Below are positions 26,251 to 36,073 of a stretch of DNA of 43,061 nucleotides, piece by piece. How positions within the stretch are numbered: position 1 is the first letter of the stretch; every line of letters begins with the position of its first letter. Origin of the DNA: Candidatus Fervidifonticultor quintus. GTDB taxonomy: Bacteria > Sysuimicrobiota > Sysuimicrobiia > Sysuimicrobiales > Humicultoraceae. The stretch is taken from contig JAVKIJ010000017.1 of the NCBI GenBank assembly GCA_031459535.1, positions 1 to 43,061 of the forward strand. The letters run 5' to 3'. Position numbers and translations under genes: made by a program. A model generated the notes under the pieces. It saw only the letters and a list, made by a program, of their open reading frames with translations. It was not told the origin of the DNA and did not search any database.

Positions 26251-27228
26251 GTGATGACGGGCCGGGGCCGGAGGCACCTCCGCCAAGCGGGATATACATT
26301 GGTCGAAGTTCTTCTGGGCGTTGCGCTGGGCGCCTTGGTGGTTCTGGCCGTGGGGGCGGGGTACGTCTTCGTGACCCGGTCGTGGGGCGATGAGTCGGTG
26401 CGCCTCGACACCCAACAGGCCTTCCGGGCGACTGCCGAGCGCCTGGTGCGAGAATTGCGCCTGGCCGGGGTGTGTCTGCCTCTGACCATCGCCGATCTGC
26501 ATCCCGTGGTGGGGGCCAACGCGTTCCCTGATTCATCCCAGCCGGGGCTCGACGCGGTCACGGCGCGGATGAACCTGCGCTGCGCGTCCACCACCCTCCT
26601 GCAGCCCTGCAACAGCTGTACGACCCTGACCGTACAGGGGACCGACTCCTTCGTGGAGGGCGAGCAGGTTTACGTCGTAGACCCTGCCAGCAACACCGGT
26701 GAGTTTGCCCGCATTCAGACTATTAATGGGCCCGGATCGATGACCCTGGACAGGGCGCTGAGCAGGACCTATCCGGGCGATGGCCCGGGCGCGGGACCGG
26801 ACGCCAGCATCTACGCCGTCGAGACCCAGGACTACTTCACCACCCTGCAGGACGGTATTCCAGCGTTGATGCTGGCCGTAAACCGGCCCACTGGCGGGCA
26901 GGATCAACTCGTCGCGAGGGGGGTCGAGCAGTTCAACGTGCGCTACGTCCTGAACCGGCTCTGGGCGGCGGGGCAGTGCGACGATCGCTTCGACCTGAAG
27001 CGCACCTTCGGAAACCCCGACGACGACCTGTGCGTCAAGAACCAGCCGGTAGCGAGCCCGATTAACGAGTGGACGGAGGTGCGGTACCTGCTGATCGACC
27101 TGCGGGTTCGGTCTGTGCGGACCGTACGCGGTATCGGTGGTGACGGCATCCTGCGCCTGACCCAGACGCTGGAGATCAAACCCCGTAACCTGCTGCAACC
27201 GTTCCCCACCCCGACTCCGTCACCGTGA
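26251..27228 (+). CDS. Type IV minor pilin, PilW (GspJ)-like
   Basis: G|YTLVEVLL, RELRLAG, VARGVE...V.Y, C-terminal I.PRN. Confidence 0.87.
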   Translation: MMTGRGRRHLRQAGYTLVEVLLGVALGALVVLAVGAGYVFVTRSWGDESVRLDTQQAFRATAERLVRELRLAGVCLPLTIADLHPVVGANAFPDSSQPGLDAVTARMNLRCASTTLLQPCNSCTTLTVQGTDSFVEGEQVYVVDPASNTGEFARIQTINGPGSMTLDRALSRTYPGDGPGAGPDASIYAVETQDYFTTLQDGIPALMLAVNRPTGGQDQLVARGVEQFNVRYVLNRLWAAGQCDDRFDLKRTFGNPDDDLCVKNQPVASPINEWTEVRYLLIDLRVRSVRTVRGIGGDGILRLTQTLEIKPRNLLQPFPTPTPSP

Positions 27229-27256
27229 GAGAGCGAGCGAGAGGAGAGGAAGCGCC

Positions 27257-29626
27257 ATGAAGGTTCAGACTCCGCAGACCGGTGCGGCCATGGCCACGGT
27301 GCTGGTGATCATTCTGGTATTCCTGGCTGTGGGCCTCTACATCATGCTGGCGGTCGACCGGAACACCGAGATGCGCGCCTCCTACCAGCGCAGCGTCGCC
27401 GGATTTCACGCCGCCGAAGCGGCCGTAAACTACGGCGCAGGCGACGTGCGCAACGCTCTGCTGAGCTTCAGCGTCCCGTCCAACTGCAGCCCGCAGACGC
27501 TCTCCCCGGGCGTGTTGCCGTCCTATCCGGGAACCGTCACCTATCAGCTGCGGGTGCCGGGCAACGCACCCGGCGACTGCACGCCGCCCAACCCCGTGCC
27601 CCAGATTACCCTGCCGACAGGTTCGCCTTACCAGGGGCTGAACGCGCAGATCTACACCTACGACCTGCGGGCTGAAGCACAGAATGCCGGGGCGACAGAA
27701 GCGATTGTCAACCTGCGTTTCCAGGCCTTCCTGATCCCGATGTTCCAATTTGTGGGCTTCTACAAAGAAGACCTCGAGCTCACCGTGGGCCCGCCCATGG
27801 TCGTCAACGGACGGATGCACACCAACGGCAACCTCTATCTCAACACCGAGAACTGCGACCCGGGCCTGCGCATTCTGGGGCAGCTGACCATCGTGGGCGA
27901 CCTCTTTCGCGGCCGAAAGGACAGCAACCGCAACGACAACAAGGTGCGCATCTCGCTGGACGGAACACCGGGCAACATGCTGACTCTGGGCACCACGCCC
28001 GGCAGCGAGAGCTGCTCGCAGGTCTCCCGGCGGCTGGTGGCACAGGCGGAGCAGAGCCAGTGGGGTGGCCGTATCGACACGACCCTGTCGCAAATCGAGA
28101 TCCCGGGTCGCGACACCGTCTTGTGCGCCCGGCCCTGGAGCTGCCCGCCCGGTACCGACCTCACCCGCCTCCACTACTGGAACAACGCGGACGTGCGCAT
28201 CGCACTGGACGCGGATCCGAGCGACGGGGACGGGATGCGGCAGCTGTGCCCGCCGGGAGACCCGCTGCCGGCGTGTGCGGGGCGGGAGGGTGGACCGGCG
28301 CTGTGGCCGGTCAAAGTGTACAACGCGGATGGAACCGTGAACACCGCGCTCACCGACGTGCTCCGCACCCTCATGGTAGAGAAGCCCGGGGTCATCACGT
28401 ACACTGATGTACCCACTTCAGGATGGGACTGCGCTGCCGGCTCGTGCGAGTCAGACTACAGCAACAGGAACCGGTATAACCCGACCTTCGCACCTCGAGG
28501 CCCGCGCACGCCCATCAACGGGCTGCCCATGGGTGTCCCCGGCAGCAATTACGACAACGACTACCGTTACGGCGGCTTCTACAACTGGCGCGAGCGCAAG
28601 CCCATCCTGATGCTCAACGTGGACTGGACGGCGCTGGAGGAGTGGAACCGCCAGCAACCGCCGGGCCAGCGTCTGCTCGACCCTGGCAATACGACCCACG
28701 GCGGGCTGGTGATCTACCTGTCGGTCAAAGGCCCGAAGTCGCAGGGCGCCAACAACTACGGCGTCCGGGTCTACGACGCCCAGCGGGTGCGCCGCGACAC
28801 CGGAGCGCCCGGCGTTGCCTTCGCCAGCGACGTGGCGTTCTACGTGGCCGGCAACTTCAACTGCGCGGACCCGGCGGAAGGCATCCAGGACAGCGCCAGT
28901 CCCATGGCCTGCGGGACCGGCGGCAAGCGCCCAACGTCGGTGGCGGCGGACACCATCAACGTGTTGTCGTGCGCCTGGGTGAGCCAGGCCGGTGAGGGCG
29001 AGGGGTCAGGGGCCGATCCGTGGAACAGCAGCGGCCCGTGCCGCGATCGGGTGCCGACAGACCGCGACGTGCGCATGGATGGCACGTGGGGCGACACCCA
29101 GTGCACCGGAGCGGGTGAGTCGGGTAGCCGGCGCTGCCCCTACAGGCCCGTAGACGAACGAAGCACCCAGACGACCGCGCAGCCCCAGGCTAAGCGCACC
29201 GTGGTGAACGCGGCGTTCCTGGCCGGCAACGACCTGACGTGGTGCCCAGGCAACCCCGGTGGTGTGGATTGCGGCTACGACTGGTACAGCGGCGGCCTGG
29301 AGAACTACCCGCGGTTCCACGAGGACTGGACTGGCAGCAACGAACCTGACTGGAACTGGCGCTTCTGGTACGAAGGGTCTCTGGTGGCCATCGACTACGC
29401 CCGGCATACCTGCTGGGGCGTCGTGGCGGGCAGAGGCATAGCCAACGACCAGGAGTTCTCGTGCACCACCTACGTCCGACAGGGGTTCTGGCGGACGCAG
29501 CGCTACGACCCCCCGCAGCGCCGATGGTTCTACGACGTGTCATTCAACGACGCCCGGAACCTGCCGCCGCTGACACCGAGGTTCGTCTACCTGGTACAGC
29601 AGTTCTTCACCGAGGAGTTTCGCTAG
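27257..29626 (+). CDS. PilX (GspK)-like pilin with a large Cys-rich C-terminal domain, putative tip adhesin
   Basis: G|AAMAT (no Glu5), AAEAA motif, MHTNGN, and C-terminal GGLENYPRFHEDW...Y.PP.R.W.YD...LPP.TP; 20 Cys. Confidence 0.85.
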   Translation: MKVQTPQTGAAMATVLVIILVFLAVGLYIMLAVDRNTEMRASYQRSVAGFHAAEAAVNYGAGDVRNALLSFSVPSNCSPQTLSPGVLPSYPGTVTYQLRVPGNAPGDCTPPNPVPQITLPTGSPYQGLNAQIYTYDLRAEAQNAGATEAIVNLRFQAFLIPMFQFVGFYKEDLELTVGPPMVVNGRMHTNGNLYLNTENCDPGLRILGQLTIVGDLFRGRKDSNRNDNKVRISLDGTPGNMLTLGTTPGSESCSQVSRRLVAQAEQSQWGGRIDTTLSQIEIPGRDTVLCARPWSCPPGTDLTRLHYWNNADVRIALDADPSDGDGMRQLCPPGDPLPACAGREGGPALWPVKVYNADGTVNTALTDVLRTLMVEKPGVITYTDVPTSGWDCAAGSCESDYSNRNRYNPTFAPRGPRTPINGLPMGVPGSNYDNDYRYGGFYNWRERKPILMLNVDWTALEEWNRQQPPGQRLLDPGNTTHGGLVIYLSVKGPKSQGANNYGVRVYDAQRVRRDTGAPGVAFASDVAFYVAGNFNCADPAEGIQDSASPMACGTGGKRPTSVAADTINVLSCAWVSQAGEGEGSGADPWNSSGPCRDRVPTDRDVRMDGTWGDTQCTGAGESGSRRCPYRPVDERSTQTTAQPQAKRTVVNAAFLAGNDLTWCPGNPGGVDCGYDWYSGGLENYPRFHEDWTGSNEPDWNWRFWYEGSLVAIDYARHTCWGVVAGRGIANDQEFSCTTYVRQGFWRTQRYDPPQRRWFYDVSFNDARNLPPLTPRFVYLVQQFFTEEFR

Positions 29627-30251
29627 CGCCGGCGTCATGCTCCCGAATCCAGACCATCGCCCGCATGATAGCGGCCTCCTGCCCCTGGCGGGTCGCCGGA
29701 GGGGCGGGCACCGGAGGGCCGACGCGGACGGTCACCGGGTGCGGCCGCGGCAGGCGTGCGCCCAGTGGAAAGACGCGGCCGCTTCCGATCACGGCCACGG
29801 GGAGCAGCGACACCCCCGCGCGGGCGGCGATCAACCCCGCCCCGCGCCGGAGCGGCGCGGGCGTCGGGCTGACGTGACCCTCGGGGAAGAGACCGACCTT
29901 CAACCCGCCGGCCAGCGCATCCAGCGCCGCGCGCACGGCCGCGGCGTCCACCTCACCGCGGCGCACCGGGATGCACCCGTACGCGCGCATCGCCCAGCCC
30001 ACCAGCGGCATGCCGAGGTACTCGGCGGCCGCCACGAACACCACGCGCTCGGGAAGCGCCACCGCGATGAACAGGGGATCCAGCGCGCTGGGGTGATTGG
30101 CGACGATGACCGCCGGCCCGGCGGGATAGTGCTCGGCCCCCTCGATCCGGAATCGGAAGAGGAGACGAAACAGGGCCCGCAGGCACGCGCGAGCGACTCT
30201 GAGCAGCAGGGTATTGGCAGTCCAGAGAAGCCGCCGGCTAGACGCCTCCAT
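29607..30251 (-). CDS. Lysophospholipid acyltransferase (PlsC-like)
   Basis: NHPSALD (HxxxxD), IPVRR and FPEG motifs. Confidence 0.88.
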   Translation of the reverse strand: MEASSRRLLWTANTLLLRVARACLRALFRLLFRFRIEGAEHYPAGPAVIVANHPSALDPLFIAVALPERVVFVAAAEYLGMPLVGWAMRAYGCIPVRRGEVDAAAVRAALDALAGGLKVGLFPEGHVSPTPAPLRRGAGLIAARAGVSLLPVAVIGSGRVFPLGARLPRPHPVTVRVGPPVPAPPATRQGQEAAIMRAMVWIREHDAGASETPR

Positions 30252-31182
30252 CACTGCCCGGCACCGGCGGGTCGGAGGCGGGATCGGCGACGACCGAGGA
30301 GCGGCGGCCGCCAATGGCCGCGATGCCCATCCCCAGCAGGCGGATGGCGAGCCGCAGGGCCCACCGCAGCGGTGAAAAGGCGAACCGGACCAGGGCACTC
30401 CACCAGGCCAGCACGGTGAGGACCCAGCGCATTCGGCGTCCCGCCGCCTGCAGGACTGGGGTGTGCGCGTAGACCAGCGTCAGGATCAGAATGCCCGCGG
30501 AGATCCCGAACTTCATGGCGTGGCTGAAGTGGGCGTGAACGAGCTCCTCGGCGAACAACTCCAAGCCGATCGCAAAGACGAGCAGATAGGCAGCCGCTTC
30601 CAGCAGCGGCTCCCGCTCGATGAGCTTGACGAAGATGCCGGCCGCGAAGCGCATGGTCACGATCCCCAGGAAGACGCCGGTGAGCACCACCCACATCTCG
30701 CGTGACAGCGCCACTGCGGCCACGACGTTGTCGAGGCTGAAGGCCAGGTCCGCCAGCTCCACGTTGGCCACCACGCCCCAGAACCCCATCCCGGGACGCA
30801 CCCGGGGCCCCGCGTGCGCCGGGTCGTGACCGGCATCCTCCGCGCCAGCCGCGAAATGGGACAGAGCCAGGAAGATGAGATAGAACCCGCCCAGCAGCAG
30901 CAGCCACTGGTTGCGCACGACCCAGGCTGCTGCAAACAGCATGGATCCGCGGCCCACGTACGCACCCAGCAGGCCGATCTTGAGAGCGGACAGGCGCTGC
31001 CCTCCCAGCAGTCGGTGCACGGGCCGTCGCAGGAAGCGCAGCGGCCGCGGCCAGGGGATCGGCTCCTCGTGGGGCAGGTGGGCCACCATCGCGCCCAGCA
31101 CCGCCGCGTTGTCAATGGAAAGGATGCCCTCCAGGTAGATCAACTGGAGGACGATCAAGATTACGCCGAGGGCGCTGTCCAA
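30238..31182 (-). CDS. TerC-family membrane protein (YkoY/Alx-like metal exporter)
   Basis: LEGILSIDNA and DLAFSLDNVVA motifs; TTG 31182 follows GGGGG; TGTTACCAT extended -10 at 31201-31209. Confidence 0.9.
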   Translation of the reverse strand: MDSALGVILIVLQLIYLEGILSIDNAAVLGAMVAHLPHEEPIPWPRPLRFLRRPVHRLLGGQRLSALKIGLLGAYVGRGSMLFAAAWVVRNQWLLLLGGFYLIFLALSHFAAGAEDAGHDPAHAGPRVRPGMGFWGVVANVELADLAFSLDNVVAAVALSREMWVVLTGVFLGIVTMRFAAGIFVKLIEREPLLEAAAYLLVFAIGLELFAEELVHAHFSHAMKFGISAGILILTLVYAHTPVLQAAGRRMRWVLTVLAWWSALVRFAFSPLRWALRLAIRLLGMGIAAIGGRRSSVVADPASDPPVPGSDGGV

Positions 31183-31290
31183 TCGAACCCCCAAACTAGA
31201 ATGGTAACAGAAAATGGTTCCCCACCCACCGGGGGGGATACCTGTCGGCAGGAACCTCGGAAAGGCGCAGCGGGCCCTTCGCCCGCCGAA

Positions 31291-31319
31291 TTGCGGAGAC
31301 CGCCCCCGCCCGGCACAAT
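31291..31319 (+). promoter_or_regulatory. Sigma70-type promoter for gltA
   Basis: TTGCGG-N17-CACAAT. Confidence 0.45.
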
Positions 31320-31355
31320 AGGGGGGAAGCCACGATCTGGGGGGAGCGCCGGACC

Positions 31356-32672
31356 ATGGGCAAGGACACGCTGACCATCACCGACAACCGCACCGGGAAG
31401 ACCTACGAGATCCCGATCTTCTACGGCGCATACCCGGAAAACGGGGCGTACATCAGGACGACCGATCTGCGGCAGATCAAGGCTTCCGACGATGACTTCG
31501 GCCTGCTGGGGCACGACCCGTCGTTTGGCAACACGTCGTCGTGCCGGAGCCGCATCACCTTCATTGACGGTGACCGGGGCATCCTGCGGCACCTGGGCTA
31601 CCCTATCGAGCAACTGGCGGAGAAGTCCACCTACCTGGAGACGGCCTACCTGCTGCTGCACGGTGAACTGCCCACCCAGAGCCAGCTCGACAGGTGGATC
31701 ACGGAGATCACCCATCACACGCTGATCACCGAGTCCGTGAAGAAGTTCCTCGAAGGGTTCCACTGCAACGCGCACCCGATGGGCATGCTGATCGGCACGG
31801 TCGGGGCGCTCTCCACGTTTTACCCTGATGCCAAACACATCCAGGACCCGACCAACCGGCGGCTGCAGATCATCCGCCTGATCGCCAAGATGCCGACCAT
31901 CGCCGCCTTCATCTATCGCTTCAACAGGGACCTGCCCTACGCGTACCCGGACAACGATCTCTCGTACACGGGCAACTTCCTGAACATGCTCTTCAAGATG
32001 ACCGAGCTGAAATACCGCCCCAACCCGGCGCTGGAGCGGGCGCTGGAGGTCCTGTTCATCCTCCACGCCGACCACGAGCAGAACTGCAGCAGCACCGCCA
32101 TGCGGGTGATCGGCTCATCCCACCCCGATCCCTACTCGGCGCTGGCGGGCGCGATCGCGGCGCTCTACGGGCCGCTGCACGGGGGCGCCAATGAACAGGT
32201 GCTCCGCATGCTGACCGAGATCGGCTCCGCAGACCGGGTGCCGGCCTACATCAGGCGCGTGAAGGACGGCGAGGTGCGCCTGATGGGGTTCGGGCACCGG
32301 GTCTACAAGAACTACGACCCGCGGGCGACCATCATCAAGCGCGTCGCCTACGAGGTCTTCGAGGTGACGGGCAAGAACCCGCTGCTGGACATCGCCCTGG
32401 AACTGGAGCGCATCGCGCTCGAAGACGAGTACTTCGTGCGGCGCAAGCTCTACCCAAACGTGGACTTCTACTCGGGCATCATCTACCAGGCGATGGGCTT
32501 CCCCGTGGAGTTCTTCCCGGTGCTCTTCGCCATCCCCCGGACCTCGGGCTGGCTCGCGCAGTGGGAAGAGATGCTGACCGATCCCGAGCAGCGCATCAGC
32601 CGCCCACGCCAGATCTACACGGGCCCGGATGTCCGCGACTACGTGCCGATCGAGCGGCGGGGCAAACCGTAA
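31356..32672 (+). CDS. gltA: Citrate synthase
   Basis: ITFIDG..G.L, LHADHEQNCS, GPLHGGANE, MGFGHRVYKNYDPRA, YPNVDFYSG. Confidence 0.97.
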   Translation: MGKDTLTITDNRTGKTYEIPIFYGAYPENGAYIRTTDLRQIKASDDDFGLLGHDPSFGNTSSCRSRITFIDGDRGILRHLGYPIEQLAEKSTYLETAYLLLHGELPTQSQLDRWITEITHHTLITESVKKFLEGFHCNAHPMGMLIGTVGALSTFYPDAKHIQDPTNRRLQIIRLIAKMPTIAAFIYRFNRDLPYAYPDNDLSYTGNFLNMLFKMTELKYRPNPALERALEVLFILHADHEQNCSSTAMRVIGSSHPDPYSALAGAIAALYGPLHGGANEQVLRMLTEIGSADRVPAYIRRVKDGEVRLMGFGHRVYKNYDPRATIIKRVAYEVFEVTGKNPLLDIALELERIALEDEYFVRRKLYPNVDFYSGIIYQAMGFPVEFFPVLFAIPRTSGWLAQWEEMLTDPEQRISRPRQIYTGPDVRDYVPIERRGKP

Positions 32673-33889
32673 GCGCAGAGCGTGGCCACCAGCCCGCCGG
32701 CGCCCAGGGCCGAGAATGCCCACCCCCACACCGCGGGCGTGCTGCCCGGCGGGTTGGTCACGTCGAGGATTACCCCGAACACCAGCGGCGCCACGGCGCC
32801 CGCGCCGAACCCGAGAAATGACCGCAGGGCCAGCGCGGCACCCAGGTATCCAGGCCGCACCGCCTCGCTGAGCGCGGCGGAGAGCACGGGCGAGTCGCCC
32901 AGGCCAGAGAACCCGTAGAGCGCCCCTACGGCCGCCACCACCGCGATCGGCGCGGCGATCAGCCAGCCGAAGACCAGCGAGCAGGCCGTGCTGGTCGCGG
33001 CCAGGAGCATGAGCACCCGGCGGCGGCCGAGCCGGTCTGACAGCGCGCCCATGGACGAGGACGCCAGCAGGCCCATCACGTGCAGGGACGCGGCCACATA
33101 GGCGCCCACCTGCACGGACCGCAGCGCCGGCGTCCCCGCCGCCGCCAGGCTGGCCGCGAAGAACGCTGGCGTCCACGCCCACATCCCGAGCAGCTCCCAC
33201 GAGTGGAACGTGTAGCCCACCGTCAGCCGCATGGCGTCGGGGTTCTGGAGCACCTCGGTGCGCAGCCGCACCCCGCCACCCCGAGGGTGCACCACGTTCG
33301 GCGTGGACCGCAGGGCCGCCCACGCCAGGGTCGCCCCCAGTGCGGTCCCCGCCGCCGCGAGGGCGAACGCCATCGGGTAGCCACCTCGCGGCAGCGCCAG
33401 CCCGGCGATGGCCAGGGATGCGGCGTGGCTGAGCGACGAGCTCGCGATGAGCCAGCCCATGGCCGACCCCCGCCGGGCCGCATCGTAGCGGTCGGCGACC
33501 AGCATGAGCGCGCCCGAATACGTGCCGCCCTGCGCCAGGGCGACGAGCGTATAGAGCGCCAGGCCCGCGGCATACGACCGTGCCAGCAGGGCAAACGCCA
33601 CTGCGGCCGCCGCACTGGCGGCGGCCGAGGTCAGCAGCATCCGACGGGCTCCAAGGCGGTCCGCCAGCGTCGAGAACCCGAAGAGGGAGACGGCGTACCC
33701 GATCTGGAAGCCGGTAGCCACCGATCCCGCCTGGGTCGCGGACATCTGCCAGGCGGTCTTGAGCAGCGGCAGGCATGCCGCGTAGACCATTTGCACCAGC
33801 ACCATGAAGAAACGGGAGGCGCCCAGCGCCGCCAGCCACAGGTCGTCGCGCGGGCCGCCCTTCGGGCTGCTGGGGACGTCCGCGGCCAC
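32639..33889 (-). CDS. MFS transporter
   Basis: Motif A twice (LADRLGARR, LSDRLGRRR), about 12 TM; GTG 33889 follows AGGAG. Confidence 0.9.
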   Translation of the reverse strand: MAADVPSSPKGGPRDDLWLAALGASRFFMVLVQMVYAACLPLLKTAWQMSATQAGSVATGFQIGYAVSLFGFSTLADRLGARRMLLTSAAASAAAAVAFALLARSYAAGLALYTLVALAQGGTYSGALMLVADRYDAARRGSAMGWLIASSSLSHAASLAIAGLALPRGGYPMAFALAAAGTALGATLAWAALRSTPNVVHPRGGGVRLRTEVLQNPDAMRLTVGYTFHSWELLGMWAWTPAFFAASLAAAGTPALRSVQVGAYVAASLHVMGLLASSSMGALSDRLGRRRVLMLLAATSTACSLVFGWLIAAPIAVVAAVGALYGFSGLGDSPVLSAALSEAVRPGYLGAALALRSFLGFGAGAVAPLVFGVILDVTNPPGSTPAVWGWAFSALGAGGLVATLCAYGLPRRSIGT

Positions 33890-33897
33890 CCCTGCTC

Positions 33898-35172
33898 CTA
33901 GCGGCGCGCGACGAGCAGTGGCAGGACGTCCACCCCTCTCAGGTGACCCAGGGCACCCGCAGCCGCGCTGCGCTCGGTGTATCGTCCGGTACCATCGGGG
34001 GTGAGGCCGCCGCTGATGAGCAGCGGCACCGGATCGGCCGAGTGCCCGCGCACCTCGCACGGCGTGGCGTGATCGGCGGTCACCGCCACCAGCACGGCGG
34101 CGGGATCGCACCCGGGCAGCAGGGTCCCAAAGAAGTGCGCGTCAATCTCCTCGATCACCTGACGCTTGGCCTCTGCATCGCCGTCGTGGCCGGGTTCGTC
34201 CGGGCCCTTGATGTGAATGTAGAGACCGTCGTAGGCCGGCAGCACGGCCAGGGCCTGCCTCGCCCACGACCGGTAGGTCTCGGCCCGGCTCGCGGTCGCG
34301 CTGGGCGGGACCTCCACCACGCCCATCCCGAGGAAACGGGCGATCCCGCGCTCCACCGGCATCTCCACGAAACACCCGAGCGCGACGCCGAAACGCTCGC
34401 GCACAGACGGCACCCGGGGCAGGTGGTCACCGCCGTCTCTGAGCAGGATCAGGTTTCCCGGCAGCTTGCCCTCGGCCCGCCGACGGGCGTTAACGGGGTG
34501 CGCGTCGAGGATGGCGCGGGCTTTCCAGGTGAACTCGTTGACCAGCGCCGCAGCCGCCCGGGCCTCGGCCGACTCGTCGAGCGGCACGCAGTCCTCGACC
34601 TCGCCCTTGAAGGTGGCCTTCGCCACGCCCAGTCCGCCCACGCGGGCATAGGCGGGGTCGGTGTTGGAGACCTGGGCGCTCAGGCGCCCCTGCAAAGGAC
34701 GGAACACCACGGCGCAGCGGTGCGCGACGGACGCGGCCACGACCACGGTGGCCGGTGCGCTGTCCAGTCTCACCTCCCGCGTCACAGCCTCTGCCAGCGC
34801 CTGGGCCTCTTCTGAGGTGAGGTTGCGCCCCACGCGACGGTCCACGATGGTGCGTCCCTCCCCACCCGTCGCGAAGTTGCCGCGCATGGCCAGGTCGCCC
34901 GTGCGGAACTCGAGCCCGGCCCCCAGGGCCTCCAGCGGGCCCCGGCCCGCGTGGTAGACCGTGGGATCGTACCCCAGCATCGCGGTCACGGCCACGTCGG
35001 ACTCGGGGGCGATGCCCTCACCGACCGTGGTGACGAGGCCTTGCTGTCCGGCGGCGGCCAGGCGGTCGAGATGCGGCGTGCGCGCGGCCTCCAGGGGCGT
35101 GTGCCCGCCGAGCTGGGCCACGGGCCTGTCAGCAACACCATCGAGGATCACATAGAGGATCTTTCGGCTCAT
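33898..35172 (-). CDS. apgM: Cofactor-independent phosphoglycerate mutase, ApgM (archaeal-type) family
   Basis: DG.AD, TPLE.A.TP..D, APESD (Ser nucleophile), GRGPLEA, DEPGH, TADH.TP, HS.DPVP. Confidence 0.85.
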   Translation of the reverse strand: MSRKILYVILDGVADRPVAQLGGHTPLEAARTPHLDRLAAAGQQGLVTTVGEGIAPESDVAVTAMLGYDPTVYHAGRGPLEALGAGLEFRTGDLAMRGNFATGGEGRTIVDRRVGRNLTSEEAQALAEAVTREVRLDSAPATVVVAASVAHRCAVVFRPLQGRLSAQVSNTDPAYARVGGLGVAKATFKGEVEDCVPLDESAEARAAAALVNEFTWKARAILDAHPVNARRRAEGKLPGNLILLRDGGDHLPRVPSVRERFGVALGCFVEMPVERGIARFLGMGVVEVPPSATASRAETYRSWARQALAVLPAYDGLYIHIKGPDEPGHDGDAEAKRQVIEEIDAHFFGTLLPGCDPAAVLVAVTADHATPCEVRGHSADPVPLLISGGLTPDGTGRYTERSAAAGALGHLRGVDVLPLLVARR

Positions 35173-35188
35173 CGCATCGCTCCTCACA

Positions 35189-36073
35189 TCACCCGGCCAT
35201 GGCCGCCAGCGCCCCGACCAGATCGCTGCTCAACGTGCCCACGTACACCTCGCAGGCCGGGCCAGTCATTCGGATGCTCCAGTCGGTGCCCACGTTCAGG
35301 CGCAGATCACCGCCGGGCGCCGAGATGGTGACCTGCCGGTCTGTGCTCCCCCGGCGCACCGCGGCGGCGGCCACGGCGCTGGCGCTGGTCCCCGACGCCA
35401 GGGTCTCGCCCGCGCCGCGCTCCCAGATCAGGATCCGCACCCGGTCGCGCGCCACCGGCTGCGCGAACTGTACGTTGGCCCGGTTGGGAAAGATCGGGTG
35501 CGTCTCCAGCAGCGGCCCGAGTCGGTGCAGGTCAACCTGGGCCAGATCGGGGACGAAGACCACGCAGTGGGGGTTGCCAACGGACACGGCGGTGATTGCC
35601 AGCCGCTCGCCGCCGACCTCGATGACCTCGTCCACCACGTCGCGCGGCGGCCCGGCCACCGGGATCTCGGTGCTCCGAAACGTCGCCCGACCCACATCCA
35701 CGGTCATCTGTTCCACGCGCCCCCCGGCCAGGTGCAGCTCGATCCCCGCGACGCCTCCCGGCGTCTCGATCGTGAAGAGCGGCCTGGAGACGTAGCCGTG
35801 ATCGTGGAGGAACTTGGCGAAGATGCGCAGGCCGTTGCCGCTCTTCTCGGCCTCGCTGCCGTCAGGATTGTAGATGCGCAGGCCGAAGTCGGCCGCGGCG
35901 CTGGGCGCCAGGGCCAGGATGCCGTCCGAGCCCACCCCCAGATGGCGGTCACAGAGGCGACGGATGGTGGCCGGGGTCAGCGCAAAGTCCAGCGCCGCCG
36001 GATCCACCACGATGTAGTCGTTGCCCAGTGCGTGGGACTTGACGATCCAGTTCCGTCCCGACATCCTCGTCAC
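35189..36073 (-). CDS. dapF: Diaminopimelate epimerase family protein with Ser/Ser active site
   Basis: K.H.LGND, DRH.GVG.DG, YN.DGSEAEKSGNG, GNPH, N, WERG.GETLASGTS; both canonical Cys are Ser. Confidence 0.85.
   Translation of the reverse strand: MTRMSGRNWIVKSHALGNDYIVVDPAALDFALTPATIRRLCDRHLGVGSDGILALAPSAAADFGLRIYNPDGSEAEKSGNGLRIFAKFLHDHGYVSRPLFTIETPGGVAGIELHLAGGRVEQMTVDVGRATFRSTEIPVAGPPRDVVDEVIEVGGERLAITAVSVGNPHCVVFVPDLAQVDLHRLGPLLETHPIFPNRANVQFAQPVARDRVRILIWERGAGETLASGTSASAVAAAAVRRGSTDRQVTISAPGGDLRLNVGTDWSIRMTGPACEVYVGTLSSDLVGALAAMAG

Noticed and set aside
31183-31355. yybP-ykoY (Mn) riboswitch expected upstream of terC
   Set aside because: No GGGGAGUA/GAGACC motifs, and an extended -10 lies only about 20 nt from the start codon, leaving no room.
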